Source: Eledone cirrhosa (taxonomy: Eukaryota). Taken from it: DNA of 64,000 nucleotides. Shown here in pieces: positions 11,000-23,624 of the stretch. The notes under the pieces were generated by a model, which worked only from the letters and a program-made list of their open reading frames with translations, did not search any database and had not been told where the DNA came from. The stretch spans positions 159,278,001-159,342,000 of the forward strand of contig OZ024741.1 in NCBI GenBank assembly GCA_964016885.1, written 5' to 3'. Each line of letters opens with the position of its first letter. The stretch's first letter is position 1. The translations under genes were made by a program, and so were the position numbers.

Positions 11000-11585
11000 A
11001 CTAACTTACCCTCCGTCTCGAGTCCCGGCCGACGGCATGGAGAATGCATTGCCGCGGAGGACGGCGACGGAGACATGCTGGAACAGACACTCGTCCTTGC
11101 GGGACTCACATTTGCGGGGCAACCAACTCTGGCCCGATAGCAGTGAGTAGGGATGTGGTCCGGGAACCAAGAACGCCAAAAGTCTTCAGTGTTACAGACT
11201 TTACCACAAACCTATCAGAGAGCGGCCGATACTTGGACAGTTTGCCCTCTTTGGCAGCTGAGCTTGGGCTGGTAGCCGAACGCATCAGGTTGCCACTAGA
11301 GAAGGTGTCACAGCATGTAGCATCCCAGATGAGGGGGGCCCACCCCTACGGAACGAGACGATTGTGATGCTGTCCTTTTAGTCCAGCGCCGCTGGCTCGA
11401 AATGAGAATGGAAGCCTGCGCTATCCACGCTATGCTTTATGATCTCATTGAGAGCAGCATGACGTGGGGGTGGCCAGCACTATAACGGCATGACTGTGGG
11501 TGGAGACTGAAAGGATCCACAGTGGTACTGCAGCGGCATTTGTGAGGCTCACAGATGCGGAACCCGAGCCTCATGGAAACAGTCG
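11000..11585 (-). pseudogene. CRE-like non-LTR element, zinc knuckle + restriction-like endonuclease fragment
   Basis: Minus strand: RLGFRICEPHKCRCSTTVDPFSLHPQSCRYSAG ... PLIWDATCCDTFS ... LSKYRPL ... LFQHVSVAVLRGNAFS. Confidence 0.82.
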
Positions 11586-11941
11586 TACTATTATATATAA
11601 AAAAAGACACATTAAATAATATAATCCAAGATATACTGTGACAGGATAGCACAGCTGAAACTAAATTAAGGCTAATCTGGAACTAAACAATAACTATAAC
11701 TATGAAACCAACAAGGGAGTCTCTATGTAATCAATTCATCTGCTAGAAATAGCACCCAAATCTCCTTCAAATTACATCCAATGTCTTAATATAAGGAGGA
11801 CACATTGGTTTATATAGTCTATAAAAGTTTGAAATGCATTGATCATAGGCCTGTCTACTGACGCCTGTTCGAGAGGAATGTCTTTCTTTGTTGAATAGAG
11901 ATTTTTAAAAATTTGTTTACGAATATAATGGATTTGTTATT

Positions 11942-11975
<34 letters not shown>

Positions 11976-11982
11976 ACTGCTG

Positions 11983-12388
11983 AGGGCGGTATTTAGTTAA
12001 GATTTACAGTATTTAGTTACGATTTTTTTAGTTCTTAGTTCAAATCGCGCTGAGGTTAGCTTTGCCTTTCATCCTTACAGGGTCGATAAAATAAAGTACC
12101 AGTAATGCACTGAGGTCGATTTAATCGACTTTCCTCTCCCTCAAAATTGTTGACATTGTGCCTAAATCAGAAACCATTATTATTATCAACTAAATTGGTG
12201 GATTGGCAGTATCGGTAGAGAGTCGGACGCCATGCTTTGACACATAGAGTTACGGCCTTTGCCAATCTGAGTTCAAATCCCGCCGAGGTTAACTTTGCCT
12301 TTCATCCTTACGGGGTCGATAAAATAAAGTACCAGTAATGCACTAGGCAATTGCTGGCCTTGTGCCAAAAGTAGAAACAATTATTATT
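11983..12388 (+). mobile_element. Two tandem SINE copies (about 11983-12182 and 12196-12388)
   Basis: Family core occurs twice, each copy ending in a (TTA)n tail. Confidence 0.88.
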
Positions 12389-12404
12389 ATCAACTAAATT
12401 CATG

Positions 12405-12680
12405 GTGAAGATCGCCCCGCCACCTTCCTTTGACCATGAAGGGCAGGAAGTTTTATCCGTTTAGAAACCATAGCGAAAGAAGTTGTGCAGTGAACAAGAT
12501 TGAAAGGGCTGAAGACAGACATTTTCCTCTTTAGTGAAGCCCTCAGGCTTTTTCAAGTATCGATTGAAAAGGAAATTGAGGGTGAGGAGAGAAGTACTTT
12601 TCAGCAAATTTGGTGAAAGGTGGTTGAGACTTGCGAGCATGGTCGGAGTGAATAGGCCTGCTCTGAGTGTGCTGTACATT
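12405..12680 (+). pseudogene. Degenerate Tx1/L1-like ORF2 C-terminus
   Basis: FFKYRLKRKLRVRREVLFSKFGERWLRLASMVGVNRPALS, homologous to the end of ORF 51956-54499. Confidence 0.8.
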
Positions 12681-12756
12681 GGAGAACAACTGGGAGAAGG
12701 TATTTGCCTTAGTGGATTTAAATTTGCTTTTAATGTAAAAGATAAATGAGTAGAAG

Positions 12757-13056
12757 CAGAGGCGTAACTAGGGTATGGCAAGCATGGCACGTGCCATGGG
12801 CTCCACATGAAGGGGGCGCCACTTGGACTAGGAGCACGTTCTATTAAAGTCAAATAAGCCTTATCGGAGGATGAAAAAAGAAACTCCTTCAGATGTATGA
12901 TCTGTCTCTGGTTATCATGGTTATCAGAACACTATAGTGGCTGGATCATTAAACCATTTATATAAATTATTAGGTCCATAGGTAAAAATACAGTGCTGGG
13001 CAGAGGCACAATTTCACTGCTTGCCATAGGTGCTATTTTCCATAGTTATGCCTCTG
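12757..13056. mobile_element. hAT-like MITE (300 bp)
   Basis: TIR CAGAGGCGTAACTA / TAGTTATGCCTCTG; 8-bp TSD AGTAGAAG / AGTACAAG. Confidence 0.85.
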
Positions 13057-13291
13057 AGTACAAGCAGACAAGAAAAATATGGATTATTCTAAGATTAGAT
13101 GAATGGCAATAGGTAAAAAGAAATACTGATATTGTAGAAGACAGGAATGTGAATATATACAATTAAAACACATTCATATTTGGATAACGATTGAGAGACA
13201 ATAAAAATAAGGCGGCGGCAGTTTTTACTAACATTTTTGACTTAGGTTTTACCAAACAACTGTTATTAGCATCTCTAGTCAGTGGAATGAG

Positions 13292-13538
13292 GAAGCCGGT
13301 GAATTGGCAGTATCGGTAGAGAGTCGGACGCCATGCTTTGCGAGGAAGCCGGTGAATTGGCAGTATCGGTAGAGGGTCGGACGCTATGCTTTGACGCATA
13401 GAGTTACGGCCCTTGCCATTCTGAGTTCAAATCCCGTCGAGGTTAACTTTGCCTTTCATCCTTACGGAGTCGATAAAATAAAGTACCAGTAATGCACTGG
13501 ATAATTGCTGGCCTTGTGCCAAAAGAAGAAACAGTTAT
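13292..13538 (+). mobile_element. SINE with a duplicated 5' head
   Basis: GAGGAAGCCGGTGAATTGGCAGTATCGGTAGAG occurs at 13289 and again at 13342. Confidence 0.9.
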
Positions 13539-13646
13539 TCAAAGATGCTCAAGTTTAAAAAATCACCCTTTGTTCTACAATATAAAACTTTATTTTAAAA
13601 TATTTAAATTTATCCAAAAACTTTTACATACAAAGCACTAGCGTAA

Positions 13647-13866
13647 TAATGATTTCTACTTTAGGCACAAGGTCAGTAATTTTGGGCGAGGGGAAAATCG
13701 ATTTAGTCGACCTAGTGCATTACTGGTACTTTATTTTGTCGAACTCGTAAGGATGAAAGGCAAAGGTAACCTCGGTAGGATTTGAACTCAGAACGTAAAG
13801 GGCCGTAACTCTATGCCATAAAGCATGTTGTCCGACGCTCTACCGATACTGTCAATCCACTGCCCT
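13647..13866 (-). mobile_element. SINE (main family)
   Basis: Family core on the minus strand. Confidence 0.88.
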
Positions 13867-14337
13867 CAGTAACGTAATAATGAACACGTTAGTTATATTA
13901 CTAAATTACTTGATTATCAAAATTATCTGAAAATTATAGGCAGTGACTTTCTTTTAAAACATGGTAAAAAGAGAGTTAAATTGTTTTAAAACTTGTACGG
14001 AAAGATGAAAGTCAAATTTGAGATTCTGCCGAGATTTGAACTCAGAACAGATACCGTCCTAACTAGATATCGCTACTTCGCCACATATGTATCTGATTTT
14101 GAAACATATTTTGCGGACTTGCTTATTGGTGAATTAGCCGAAGAATTAGAGCGGCGAGATCAACTTTACCTTTTTTTTTTGGTTACTGAAGGCCAGGGCT
14201 GTGGATTAGGGGTAGTGTTAAAACGTCGGGCAGTATTTATTGCGGCTCTCTACGTTCTGAGTTCAACTTCGCACTTCATCTTTCTGTGGTTGTTAAAGTA
14301 TCAGATAGATAGATAGAGAGACATAGGTTATAGATAT

Positions 14338-14540
14338 ATTTCTTTATTTGCCACAAGAAAAGGGGACAATACAAGGACATATGCTGGGGATAAAAATATT
14401 TTCAACAAACAAATTTAACAATCGAAATCCCCAATAGGGGGGAGGCGTTACAAATGGGTTGTTTTATACCCCGCAGATAGAACAACCCTCAACTCCAGGA
14501 GCATGTTGTGCAAGTTCTCCTTTCTTCCTTTTGCTGGAAG
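14338..14540 (-). mobile_element. Tx1/L1-like 3' UTR fragment
   Basis: Minus strand TTGTCCCCTTTTCTTGTGGCAAATAAAGAA and CCCCCTATTGGGGA match the 3' UTR at 54500-54740. Confidence 0.65.
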
Positions 14541-14544
14541 TCGT

Positions 14545-15000
14545 AATGGTGGGGGTGTTGTTGGTGGTGGTATGGTGGTGGTGGTAGTTGTGTGGGTGCT
14601 GGTTGTGATGGCAATGTGGCAGCGGTGGTGGTAGAGTGGTGGTGATGTAGTTGTGGGGGAGTGTTGATGGTGATGTGGCAGCGGTGGTGGTGTTGGGGTG
14701 TAGTTGTGGGAGAGTGTTGGTGGTGGTGGTGGTGGTGGTGGTGGTGGTTAAGGTAGTGGGGGAAGTGGTGGTGTTGGTGAAGGTAGTGATGAGGTGGGTG
14801 TCGGTGATGAAAGTGATAGTGTTGGTTATGGCTGTGGTGGAGGCAACAGTGGTGTTGGTGATGGTAGTGATGAGATGGGTGTTGATGGTGATGATGATGA
14901 AGTCACAGTCGTGGTGGTGGGTGGGGGAAATGGTAGGGAGTGTTAAAAGAGATGATGAGGCGGTGTAGATGTTGGTTATGGTGAAGGCGACGGTGACCAT
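14545..15000. repeat. Degenerate (GGT/GAT)n low-complexity tract
   Basis: Direct inspection. Confidence 0.9.
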
Positions 15001-15096
15001 ACATTTATTCTGTAGTACAGTAAGCCAAAATATTTAACCCTTTATTATTTTCATCATATTGAATCTATGAGATTTTGATATTATTTATTTTGAGAA

Positions 15097-15305
15097 GGGC
15101 GGTGGATTGGCAGTATCGGTAGAGAGTCGGACACCAAGCTTTACGGTTCTTTACGGTCTGAGTTCAAATCCCACCGAGGTTACCTTTGCCTTTCATCCTT
15201 ACAGGGTCGATAAAATAAAGCACCAGTAACGTACTGGGGTCGATTTAATCAACTTTCCCCTCCCCCAAAATTACTGGCCTTGTGCCTATACTAGAAATCA
15301 TTATT
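15097..15305 (+). mobile_element. SINE (main family), full length, with apparent TSD
   Basis: Flanked by TTATTTTGAGAA on both sides; A-box TGGCAGTATCGG and B-box GAGTTCAAATCC. Confidence 0.9.
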
Positions 15306-15949
15306 TATTTTGAGAACAATACCTTAACATAAGTATGAGCGGCCGGTTAAAACCGGTTTGAACAGAAAGAGGTGAGAGAATTTTGGTCGGATATGGCCGG
15401 TTTAAATACACCTATGTTTTGATACGTTTTTTCACTTTATTCACAAAATGTAATCCACTTTAGAACCAGTTAAAATACTTCAGTAAACACACACGAGACG
15501 ATAAATTGGCAGTCGTGGAAATTTCATATAGTATACCTTGCGGTTTCGTTCCAACTCTCTGCGCTCTTTCGAGGTTAATAAAAATAAGTACCCGTCCAGT
15601 ACTGGCACCAAATTTTCTTATATCTCTTTTCTCGCTTCCTTTCTCTCCTTCTCTGGAAGAAATCAGCTGCTTTCAGACCTGAAGAGGGAATGGGTATGTC
15701 ACTACGTCTCCCCTACTATTCCGTTATGAGTTACGGGTCATACATAAATGTATACATATATATATATATACATACGTACTGCATGCATGGTCCCATAACT
15801 CCTGATAGAGACGTAGGGGCGCCGTTTTGACATACGGCGTTTCTTGGGCATTTTAAGCCTGGTGGAGCCCATTCCTCTCTAGGCCTGAGTACAGCAGATT
15901 TCTTCCAGAGAAAGATAGAAAGTGGGAGAGCGGAAATGAGAAAGAGATA

Positions 15950-16103
15950 TGAGGAAGAATCGACCTCAGTACAAGACTGGTACTTTTTCAGAGACGCAGG
16001 CCAAGTTGACCTCGGTGAGATGTGAACTCATAGAGTAGAGATCCGGAACGAATACCATAAAGCATTCTATCCGACGTTCTAACGACTCTGCCAATTCGCC
16101 GCT
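15950..16103 (-). mobile_element. Diverged SINE (main family)
   Basis: Partial family core. Confidence 0.7.
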
Positions 16104-16174
16104 TATATGTAATACATGCATACACACTTAATAAAAATAGTGTGTGGTGTGACCCTCGTTACTGTTGCTGGTAT

Positions 16175-16632
16175 GAATGTTTAGTAGTTAGAGTATTCGG
16201 TTCACAATTGTAAGTTCGTGAGTTCAATCCCGGTGATAAGTTGTGTCCCTGGGCAAGATATTTTATTTCAAGTTACTCCAGTCCATTCGTCTGGCAAAAA
16301 GAGTTGTACCTGTAATTCAAAACGCCAGTCTTATTACACATCATGTCACGCTGAATTTCCCCTAGAATTGCATATAGATGCACCTATCTGTTCAGCCACT
16401 GTTTTGTTGTTCGAACAACTGGATCACTCATCGTCGTAACCGATGATGTCCAACATAGGTACAAGGCCAGCAATTTTGGAGAAAGTCAATTAAATCGTCC
16501 CAGTACTTGACTGGTACATAATTGTATTGATTCTGAAAAGACGAAAGACCTAAGCGGGATTTAAACTCAGAATGAAAAGGGCCGTAACTAAATGCTGTAA
16601 AGCCTTTTCTACTACGCTTTAACGATGCAGCA
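16175..16632. mobile_element. Diverged CORE-like SINE (+, about 16175-16440) followed by a main-family SINE (-, about 16455-16632)
   Basis: GAGTTCAATCCC...GTGTCCCTGGGCAAGATATTTTATTTC, then ACAAGGCCAGCAATTTTGG...GGGATTTAAACTCAGA. Confidence 0.65.
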
Positions 16633-16961
16633 CCTTCTATGTAAGAAATAATTGAAAAGTGCAATTTTAAGTTAACGACTTGATTTTTCATAGAAATGCA
16701 GTTGGTAAAGGCAAGACACAAATATTTGCCAATGTCAGTATTAAGTTTCTAATTCATCTTACAGTGGACATCAATAGATAACGTATAGAGAACGACAGTT
16801 CAGGTTAACTGAAAGAATATGAGATAGGGCTGGAGAAATAGAAGGTGAGAGAGAAACGAAAGACAAAGAATGAAAGATAGTGGAAGAGGCAGGTAACTGG
16901 AAATAAGAGAGGATAATACTATGAACGAAGAAAGTGAAGATGGCAGAGACGCAGGCGATAG

Positions 16962-17138
16962 CAGACCTGCCAACCTCTCAAAACCCAAACGAGGAGTACC
17001 ATGGAAAAAAGGGTCCCAAAACAGGGAGAAATTTTACATAGTGAAAACTATACTCCTTTTCACAAGAGAAGACATCTCTCACCCACCCCAAAGTGGGTGG
17101 GAGATCTCCCCATCGGACGGGGAGAGTTGACAGGACTG
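16962..17138. mobile_element. Short MITE (related copy at 32785-33352)
   Basis: TIR CAGACCTGCCAAC / GTTGACAGGACTG, flanked by CGATAG on both sides. Confidence 0.65.
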
Positions 17139-17961
17139 CGATAGCTACATGTAAAGGAAAAAAAAAAATGAAGGAGAGTGAGTGTGGTAAGGAGTAGGAA
17201 GAAATGTTTAAAACATTGCGGCTGATGGTAGGATGTGCATCCCTTACACATGTATCCCTCACACATCTTTGAAAATAACAGAAATGTAAGCCAACGGTCG
17301 TCACTCGCAAGCGATTATAACTTGGTAGTGTGAACCATGCTTTCGCTAAGTGTTTTAGGTGCCGATGTAGTCGCGAGTAGACACATACACTCTCTTGACA
17401 TTCCCTCCCTTCACCCAGGATGTGCTAGCTTGATGAGAAGGGAGCTGCATCAGTACTGGGCTACTACTTTCTTATACAGTAGTGTGTGTGTAACTGAGAG
17501 AAAATTCAGTAAAATTAACAACCACAATAACACTAATGAAAAAAATCCCTCTTGTTTTAACTATACTTTAAATCAATATACATCACTACCTCCCTACCGA
17601 CAACTGACACTGCACACCACGTCTGAACACGGAAAAGCCAAACTCCCACTGTCATCGCCTCCATCTCTCTCACCCTTCCCATTTGTCTGTATTATGAGCA
17701 AATGGGGTGCCAGGTGCTGGCCGCCCCACGGCCCCGGCGGTCAGAATGCAAAAGCCGTTTCTCTGGAGGTGCAAAGTAAACCTTGGCGTGAGAGGGATTT
17801 GAACTCAAAGCGAATGTGGACATTGTTTTATTGTGTTGAATGTTGTGTTTTGTAGCTGAGTAATTGCATGTTGTGTAATGGGTGTTGGTTGGTTTCGGTT
17901 TGTTACAGACAATTACTTTTATTTTGATGTTGGGTGGAGTTATAAGAGGAGTTTCTCTCTC

Positions 17962-18003
<42 letters not shown>

Positions 18004-18132
18004 GAAGTTCTATTTAAATTGTTGGGATACAACAAGCAAATATTTTTATAACTGATATAAAGCACTCAACAAATTATTGGAGTAAAAATACGATATATTA
18101 ACAAATGGAAACTATATTTATAAAACCATATT

Positions 18133-18197
18133 TATTTCATTATACATATTTCAAGGACACCAAGTTAAATTATGGTGTGCTTTCATCAGATAAAATA
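18133..18197 (-). ncRNA. Minimal hammerhead motif, second copy of the 8414 family
   Basis: Minus strand: TATTTTAT-CTGATGA-AAGcACACCA..TGGTGTcCTT-GAAA-TATGTA-TA-ATGAAATA. Confidence 0.6.
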
Positions 18198-18272
18198 TAA
18201 TATAGAGCAGTTTTATAAATAAATATTGACATACCCTTAAAGAATGCGACCATTTCTGTTGGAAGCTCCCGG

Positions 18273-18379
<107 letters not shown>

Positions 18380-18412
18380 CGCGCGCGTGCGCGCGTATGT
18401 GTGTGTCTGAAC

Positions 18413-18574
18413 CAGTGGTTCCCAAAGTGAGTTCCGCAAAGGAATGTTTGGGGTTCCGTGAAAAAAGGTAGGGGGGTATATTACGACCATATAACAGTGT
18501 TAGACATTAGGGTTCCGCCCAAAATTTCTGAACTCAAAAGGGTTCTGCGTTTAAAAAATGTTTGGGAAACCCTG
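18413..18574. mobile_element. hAT (Charlie-like) MITE
   Basis: TIR CAGTGGTTCCCAAA / TTTGGGAAACCCTG. Confidence 0.7.
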
Positions 18575-18933
18575 GTGTATACTAATAGGTTTACAAAATC
18601 ACACTACCACATGATGCTTTGCGCACCTATGGCATTGTAGTACCGTGCCATACACGATCTTACTCAATGCTAACAGAAATGAATTCCAGAAACAGAGTAT
18701 ACTCATGCAGATTTAGTAGTATAGTGGTAATAATTGAACAAATTAATTAGAGTTATCAATAAAATTAATACAACTAATATCAACCAATTAATAAATCAAA
18801 TCAATTAATTTAAAAATATTAGTTTTGAATTATACCCAAACCAGCGCTGGTACCATCAAAGCCAAACTTTTAGTCTCAGTTATGTAAATGAGTGCATATT
18901 GCAACAGTTAGTTGTATTATGTATATATATATA

Positions 18934-19226
18934 CAGTTGTCTCCTGCTCTAGGAACGTAACCCCCGCGAAGAGTGAAAAACCGCGAATATTGGATGTGGT
19001 CCATAAAAATGCCTATAAACGTCAAAACATAACGTAAAATATAGGCCGGTAAATACGGAATATTATTATTAATATATTAGCGTGAAAAAGCGTGAAAAAA
19101 TATGTATTGCCACCAAAAAAAAAACCATAAGAAAATCGCAGAAGATATTTACGACTCCGCGATTATGCGGTAGTTTCCACGAACAGTTATTAGTTAGGTT
19201 CTAAGGAAAATTCCGCGAATAACCGG
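18934..19226 (+). mobile_element. Tigger/pogo-like MITE (related copy at 29227-29560)
   Basis: Starts TA-CAGTTGTC; similar to 29227-29560 in reverse orientation. Confidence 0.7.
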
Positions 19227-19231
19227 AGATA

Positions 19232-19633
19232 CGTTGTAAATGCCTCTCTAGTAACATTGTCTACAAATGTAAGGTTGAAACACCCACATCCCGTAGGGCC
19301 TACATAGGGTTAACCGCCAATAGATTCAAGCAGCGTCTTTACATGCATACCCATTCTTTTCGTTACCCTTTAAGAAGGAATATGACGTCACTTTCAGCTT
19401 ATATCTGGAGTCTAAAAGACAACCACACCCAATATACGTTACACTGGGAGATCCTAGCTAGGGCTAGATCGTATAACGGAAATAAAAGACCATGTGACCT
19501 CTGCGCCGCTGAGGCGCTGGAAATACTCTACGCCAAAGACCACATCTTAAACAAAAAATCTGAGGCAATTTCGGCTTGTAAAGATAAATTGCACAAAACT
19601 TTCCTATATATTTATATATATAATCAAGGATAG
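19232..19633 (+). pseudogene. Penelope-like GIY-YIG endonuclease fragment
   Basis: KCLSSNIVYKCKVETPTSRRAYIGLTANRFKQRLYMHTHSF..TSLSAYIWSLK..WEILARA..CDLCAAEA..ILNKKSE. Confidence 0.88.
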
Positions 19634-20150
19634 TATCCTGAAGGACATCAGAAAATGACCACAGTTAAATAAGGTACTCAATACCTTAGAACAAAATAAG
19701 CATACTTACTCTATAGAGAAATGACTTCTGCATGACTAAATGTTTCATTCCTATAAAACGGTTCTAGTCCTGTAAAAGCCATTTCTATAATGTATATATA
19801 CATACGTGTATATATATATATTTTTTTTTTCACTATAACATTATTAGTCATATACATATATATATACATCATTTTTATTCACTGATTGTATAAATAACAT
19901 TACAAATTGTTCACAATTCTTTCAGAGTGAAAATATAAACACAAATATAAACATATATGTGGTAGGTCCCTCGACTCCACTGGCCTCTGCAGTTGTCTGA
20001 ATGATGGTCGCTTCGCCCGCCACACCGAGCTAAACTTAATCATTAAGCGAGGCCTAGCTCGGGTAAATATCTCCTCAGTTCTGGAGCCGGTTGGATTATC
20101 TAGAACTGATAAGAAGAGATCAGACGGTTTTACTGTTTGTCCCCTGGTAT

Positions 20151-20557
20151 GAGGCAGAGAGAAGGATCCAGGCGTTTGAGGACAAATGAATGAAAAACTC
20201 CTTCGTATTTCCTATTGGGAACGTAAAACCAATGAATACGTGCGGTGTAAGGTTAAAAGTTTTGTGGGTCACCAGGAACCTCTCCTTGCCACATTCAAGA
20301 GAAGGAAACTGGCGAGGTTTGGCCACATCAAACGACATGATAGCCTGTGCAAGACCATCATGCAAGGCACTGTTGAAGGTGGACGCAGGAGGGGACGCCA
20401 ACGCAAAAACTGGTTGGACAATGTCAAAGAATGGACGCAAATGACGACACTAGATTTGTTGACGGCCGCCATTGATAGGCTATTTTGAGTGTGTGCTGCT
20501 TCTGCAGTAGGACACCCCCCCGAGGACTACAGAAATCAAGGGACTGATGATGATGAT
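20151..20557 (+). mobile_element. RTE 3' fragment with (GAT)n tail, nested in the CRE-like element
   Basis: EAERRIQAFE..LLRISYWERKTNE..RRKLARFGHIKRHDSLCKTIMQGTVEGGRRRGRQRKNWLDNVKEW. Confidence 0.88.
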
Positions 20558-20708
20558 AATTGTTTCTACTTTTGACTCAAGGCCAGCAATTATCCCAGTG
20601 TATTACTGGTACTTTATTTTATCGACCCCGTAAGGATGAAAGGCAAAGTTGACCTCGGCGGGATTTGAACTCAGAATGGAAAGGGCCGTAACTCTATGCG
20701 TCAAAGCA
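20558..20708 (-). mobile_element. 5'-truncated SINE inserted in the RTE tail
   Basis: Family core; TGATGATAAT present on both sides. Confidence 0.88.
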
Positions 20709-21724
20709 CTGATGATAATGAAGAGGCAGATGTATCATCTGTGATGCCACAGTCAGTGACATTTTTGCTATCTCCTACATCATGGATGCCAGAATAAAGG
20801 TGAGGGTCGCTGCTTCCGTTGGCGAACGGAATAAAATCCGAAAATACTGGGATGTATCTAACAATTACTTTTTCCAGCCGTGGCGTTCGAGACGTTTTGT
20901 GGAATTGGGCCACTGACAACGAAGTTCTTGTCATCGCTGGCGGCTCGCCTTACTGAGGGTACTTGGTTGTTTCAGCGCCTTAGCCTCGCTATTAACCACG
21001 GTAATGCTGCGAGCGTGTTAGCTTACCTCAAAAATTTCCGTTGACCCTTGTGATGTATGGCCAATTGTTGCAAATGGTGGGGAATTTGTGGTCGTATTTG
21101 TTTCTGTTTCCCTCTTTTTTTTTCTCTAGCTTTGATCGTATACTTTGGTGCGTTGTGTTTGTAAGGTTCCTAATAATAGTTAATTGTATTTATTATATGT
21201 GTTTATATTTGTGTTTAGATGTGTCTTTGCACATATAAACTCGCATATCTGACGAGATGTCGAAATAGAGTCGGGTTCCGTCATCTTGATTGTACCATGA
21301 GCTGATCGATATCGAAACATTTGTAATAACCCAATAAAGTTTGTACATATGCTTCAATACTGACTTCGATTCTTTTAAATCTATTTCCATTCTGCGCACT
21401 ACAGCCGCCACAACTCTGAAAAACAACCCAAAAGAGACGGACCTCATAACAGCATTGAATGCTTCGAACAACGCGCCATCTGTAACTGTAGTTACACAAC
21501 TAACTAACATATGTGTGTGTGTGCATATATATGTATTTGATTTCCAGCAATTACCGGTGTGGCTCAATGAATAAATTAGAACATAATAAATTCATAAGCG
21601 GGAAAAAGCAAGCAAGATAAAATCATAAGAAAATGGGACATCTAAAGTAAGTAGGTTAATTTTCTAAGATTTTATCTTGCTTAATATTTCCCATTTGTGA
21701 ATTTATAATTTATATATATATATA

Positions 21725-23069
21725 CTAGCAATTTAGTCCGGCGTTGCTCAGGTTTGTTCATTTGCTATGAAAAGTTACATACAGGTAAACGTGGTGGCTT
21801 GAAAGCGAATAAGCTTATCAATTATGTGCATAAAACAGTTGAACCGGTTATTAAAAGTTACGAACCAATTAGCATTTTGGACAATCAATGATGGGTTAAT
21901 AATCTTCCAATAGCGAATTTAGCAGACCAAAGTTGCAAGATGGTGGCCCTGATGCCGCTGGGTGTCACATCTGTCCGCCATGGGTTACCCTACCAGGAAA
22001 TAGTTTTCCAGACGGCATAGCTCCAACACCTCCAACACCTGCACCAACATCTATAGCACCTCTTTGTAGACGATATTGCGTGTCATCCCTTGAGGAGTGT
22101 AAGCAAAAAGTCCATTCCTGCTCCCTACGCGGGAACAGGCAACATAAAGTTGTCCATGGGAGAAGCATGGTTCGCCCAAATGGATGCCCGCCACCGACAA
22201 TGTTTGCCCTTGTGACTTGTTAATGGACATGGCAAAACATGGTCTCGCCGGGAATTGGGATCGCCGGAAATCGAACGGGATATCTGACGCCGAGGGGAAT
22301 AGGTTCATCCTTGGCAGTGTGTTCGGCAGAATTGCCAGAAGTACAACACTATGGGTGTTGTCATATTAATATTTAACCAATGAAAGTCGTAAAAAATAAT
22401 TAAAACATTCCGATTCATATGTCTATAGCATTAATTTGTTATATGAAGTGTTATTTTGCGGGTTGTTATTTGCAATAAGCCGATTTAAAATACCCCAGAA
22501 AAGCAGTATGTCAATACGGAACTCCAATGACTCCCCCAGTAGTTAAATTATAGAGAGGGGGAATAATCTATTATAGAGAGAGGGAAAAGCGATGGAGAGA
22601 GTAAAGCTAAGAAACTATAGGGATGTGTCTAAAACAGTGTTGTCAAATAGAGAGTGAAGAGCGACAGAGAGAGTAAAGCAGTTAAATTATAGAGAGGGGG
22701 AATAATCTATTATAGAGAAAGGGAAGAGCTACGGAGAGAGCGTTATGACTATGTTTGTTGTTGTATAAAATGATGTGTTGCTTAGTTTTCAAAGTTTATG
22801 TTGCGTTCCTGAACAAAGTTTTGTCGCTGTTGGGTAGTAGAGAGAGTGAATAAGCGTGTAAGACAGAGGGTTACCGCACGTATTTAGTTTTATCGATTTT
22901 TTTTCATAGAAGCAGGAAATTTTTGGCAAAGTTTATTACGCGTTGACCATCGTTGGTAAATTTGGAGGACATTGGAAAAAATATCATCAAAATAGGTAAA
23001 GAAATGTGGAAATGCATAAAAATCATACGCACACACAGACAGACATCTTCCGTTTTATATATATAGAGA
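21725..23069 (-). mobile_element. Internally deleted Helitron, same family as 24714-28696
   Basis: Minus strand: 5' TC..TATATATAAAACGG, 3' hairpin + CTAG at 21725. Retains the helicase C-terminus (FAMSINKSQGQTL..FSHGQLYVACSRV). Confidence 0.9.
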
Positions 23070-23574
23070 CTAGCAGAAAACCACCCGGTGGGCGGTTTTC
23101 TGCTAGCAAATCTAGTGTATATACTGATATTGTTGAGATTTGGATGAGAAATGTTTTCGGCACCACATGTTCACCGTCTCTCGGTGGGTCTTTTATGCAT
23201 GTATAAATATATATGTTATCTATACGGTGAAATCTTTGAAATAAATATATGTTAAAACGAAAAAGGAGAAAAAGAGATTAGTGACGGAAATATAAACGTT
23301 ATGATACATAAACGTTATGATATAACGATGGAAATATATCTTCAAATGGTCCTTGGCATGGTGTCAAGTCAGAACCGCCTCGAACTGGTTACTTCTGGCT
23401 TGTGCAAGGTGTCTCTATAGCAACCAGCGATTCCCTCGGCCTCAGTGACCAAAGTCAGTGTAGAGGGGAAGCTAATGTTTCTATAGCGACAGTGTTTCTC
23501 TTGGTAGTACCAAAGTGGAGAAAGGAAGGGGAAGGTAATATTTCTGTAGCACCTACATTTGAGTTTTAGGGAAG

Positions 23575-23608
<34 letters not shown>

Positions 23609-23624
23609 GAAATGCCCATATATT

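Larger units (their letters stand above)
19955..21240 (+). mobile_element. CRE-like LINE 3' fragment (restriction-like endonuclease) interrupted by RTE and SINE insertions
   Basis: GRFARHTELNLIIKRGLARVNISSVLEPVGLSRTDKKRSDGFTVCPW | insertion | RGRCIICDATVSDIFA..KIRKY..FQPVAFETF..WLFQRLSLAINHGNAASVL. Confidence 0.85.

Noticed and set aside
12196-12290. tRNA genes suggested by A/B boxes
   Set aside because: These are SINE heads; no full cloverleaf, and each continues into the SINE body.
14464-15000. Thr-rich mucin-like ORF
   Set aside because: Degenerate (GGT)n tract with no splice or domain support.
21244-21280. CTGACGA-GATGTC-GAAA-TAGAG-TC hammerhead-like string
   Set aside because: Stem I does not pair next to the core, and stems II and III are marginal; may be chance.
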